Below are positions 61,862 through 64,000 of a stretch of 64,000 bases of DNA, piece by piece. The translations under genes were made by a program, and so were the position numbers. Position 1 is the stretch's first letter; the number at the start of each line of letters is the position of its first letter. Source of the stretch: Macrostomum lignano (lineage: Eukaryota); the NCBI GenBank assembly GCA_002269645.1, contig NIVC01002778.1, forward strand, positions 77,238 to 141,237, written 5' to 3'. The notes beneath the pieces were generated by a model. That model was not told the origin of the DNA, ran no database searches, and saw nothing but the letters and a program-made list of their open reading frames with translations.

Positions 61862-62315
61862 TTATTGCTTTGATAGGAGGCAGATCCAGTGATCATCTTT
61901 TGATATGCTGTGCCTTTCTTATTGCTCTATCGATATTCATAAAGCTTTTAGTTCAGAAAATTAGGATTCATGTTAATGTTTTATTCTACACAGAATTCCA
62001 TATGCCCTGTGACTAAAAACCATTTAAAAAATGGCACGGCTCGGCTCATCGGTTTTATGAATCTATTTTATGATTCTTAGCTGTCTGAGCAATAATAATG
62101 TGTAACAGAGATGATAAAATAGATTTATAAAACCAGAGTCGAGATGTGCCATGCATTTTTAGGATTTTTACGCACATGAAATGTACGTAGAATAAAAAAT
62201 TAACATAGAATCTAAATTGTCTAAATGAAAAGCTCATGAATATCGATAGAGCAATAAGAAAGGCAGAACATATCAAAATATGAACACTGGATCTGCCTCC
62301 TATCAAAAGCAATAA
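61862..62315. mobile_element. Imperfect ~450-bp palindrome (old foldback/MITE)
   Basis: Arms align along their length, e.g. tgataggaggcagatccagtg / cactggatctgcctcctatca and ttcttattgctctatcgatattcat / atgaatatcgatagagcaataagaa. Confidence 0.75.
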
Positions 62316-63199
62316 CAATTTTTGTGCTGAAAAATGAAAGCTTCCTATCTCCGTAGTCCATTTTTTTTCGGAAAACCTGCCTTTAAAATTTTTATAAGAA
62401 ACGAGGTTTCTCGTCCTTCTACTTAAGTCGTCCTTGGTAAAACAATGTATCACTCGTGTAGCTTGACTGACTTGATGTTAGAGTTATCAGATGCTGGAGG
62501 TTAGAATCCAAAGCTTGACTGAACGACACGCTGATAGATAAGTTTCGCTTCCCTTCTACATGCGTTCCAGCTTGAGCATGAGTAGCGCTCATGAATGTTT
62601 GTGTGGCCAAGGAAATCTCCACGAAATCTTGGCCTATCAAAGAAGTCCGCCCCGTTGAATTTCCTCGACTTCTGTGGTGGATCATCAACAAGCTGCGGTT
62701 CGAGACCCAGCGCCCATCCACTCCCTTATTAGAGCGCATCCCAAAGCGCACTCAATGAACCAGAAATCTGTTCTGTCAGTAAATTAAAACACAGGCGCAG
62801 ACACCAAGTGTAAGTCCGCTGTAACACCTGTGTGCACGTGCGAGCGCATCTGTGTGCTTGTGTGTGTGCTATAAGCTATATAAACAAACTAAAAACCTTG
62901 GACACCCAGGATGACATGTAATAGGCCATGAAGACACCCCACATTTGCTGCAAGCAGTCGACAAAGTTGAATGAAGCAGAAACTTGAGTTCACAGAAAGG
63001 ATTAGCGCCGCTACGCCAGCGCCACATTGAATAATAATGAGCAGCGAACTCGCTATGCCGCAATGCAAAAATAAGTTGCGCGCAGTGTATTTACAAACAG
63101 TTGCTGTTAGTACAAAATGCAATTGTCAGGCAAAATTGAAGCAGAAACAGATTATATAGGAAATAATAACGATTTAAACTAGCAAGCTCTATTGGATGA

Positions 63200-64000
63200 A
63201 CACCCTTTTTCTAACTTGGTAGATTATAAAACACAGATAAACACCTTTTCTAACTTGGTAGATTTAAACACAGATAAACACCCTTTCTAACTGGTAGCTT
63301 ATAAACACAGATAAACATCCTCTTTAACTTGGGTAGATTGTAAACACAGATAAACACCCTTTTCTAACTTGGTAGCTTATAAACACAGATAAAACATCCT
63401 CTTCTAACTTGGTAGATTATAAACACAGATAAACACCCTCTTTAACTTGGTAGTTATAAACACAGATAAACATCCTCTTCTAACTTGGTAGCTTATAAAC
63501 ACAGATAAACACCCTCTTCTAACTTGGTAGCTTATAAACACAGATAAACATCCTCTTCTAACTTGGTAGCTTATAAACACAGATAAACATCTCTTCTTTC
63601 TAACTTGGTAGATTATAAACACAGATAAACATCCTCTTCTAACTTCGGTGAGCTTATAACACAGATAAACATCCTCTTCTAACTTGGTAGATTTAAACAC
63701 AGATAAACATCCTCTTCTAACTTGGTAGATTATAAACACAGATAAACATCCTCTTCTAACTTGGTAGATTATAAACACAGATAAACATCCTCTTCTAACT
63801 TGGTAGATTGTAAAACACAGATAAACATCCTCTTCTAACTTGGTAGCTTATAAACACAGATAAACATCCTCTTCTAACTTGGTAGATTATAAACACAGAT
63901 AAACATCCTCTTCTAACTTGGTAGCTTATAAACACAGATAAACATCCTCTTCTCTAACTTGGTAGATTATAAACACAGATAACATCCTCTTCTAACTTGG
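63200..64000. repeat. 39-bp minisatellite (ctaacttggtagattataaacacagataaacatcctctt), runs off the window
   Basis: About 20 copies. Confidence 0.95.

Overview
Repeat-rich metazoan genomic DNA with GT-AG introns, LINE/PLE/LTR elements and SINEs, and no prokaryotic features. The minisatellite-filled introns resemble a flatworm such as Macrostomum, but that is inference only. Host genes read from the sequence: (1) two tandem otopetrin (OTOP proton channel)-like genes on +. Both start with a 2-codon exon and a short E-x-x-x-L-L-P exon. Paralog A appears to have gained two near-identical Ala-rich helical two-exon modules, giving a protein of about 1300 aa. Paralog B has an in-frame (QDQPQR)n insert. 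(2) A complete 2-oxoglutarate dehydrogenase E1 gene (OGDH) on -, with 9 constitutive exons, 2-3 candidate alternative 42-45 nt micro-exons and a different minisatellite in every constitutive intron. (3) A candidate protamine-like (RRRAI)n Arg-rich gene on -. Mobile elements: a Penelope-like element carrying a nested Mag-type Gypsy and a SINE; a young full-length BEL/Pao element inside a LOA-like LINE; a solo LTR; Gypsy remnants; a mosaic RTE/Ingi-like LINE; and several MITE/foldback elements. One MITE (8-bp TSD) sits just upstream of OGDH and carries a 28S rRNA-like fragment. Gene models were spliced by eye and family calls come from remembered motifs, so both need RNA-seq and HMM confirmation. 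Several single-base frameshifts may be assembly errors.
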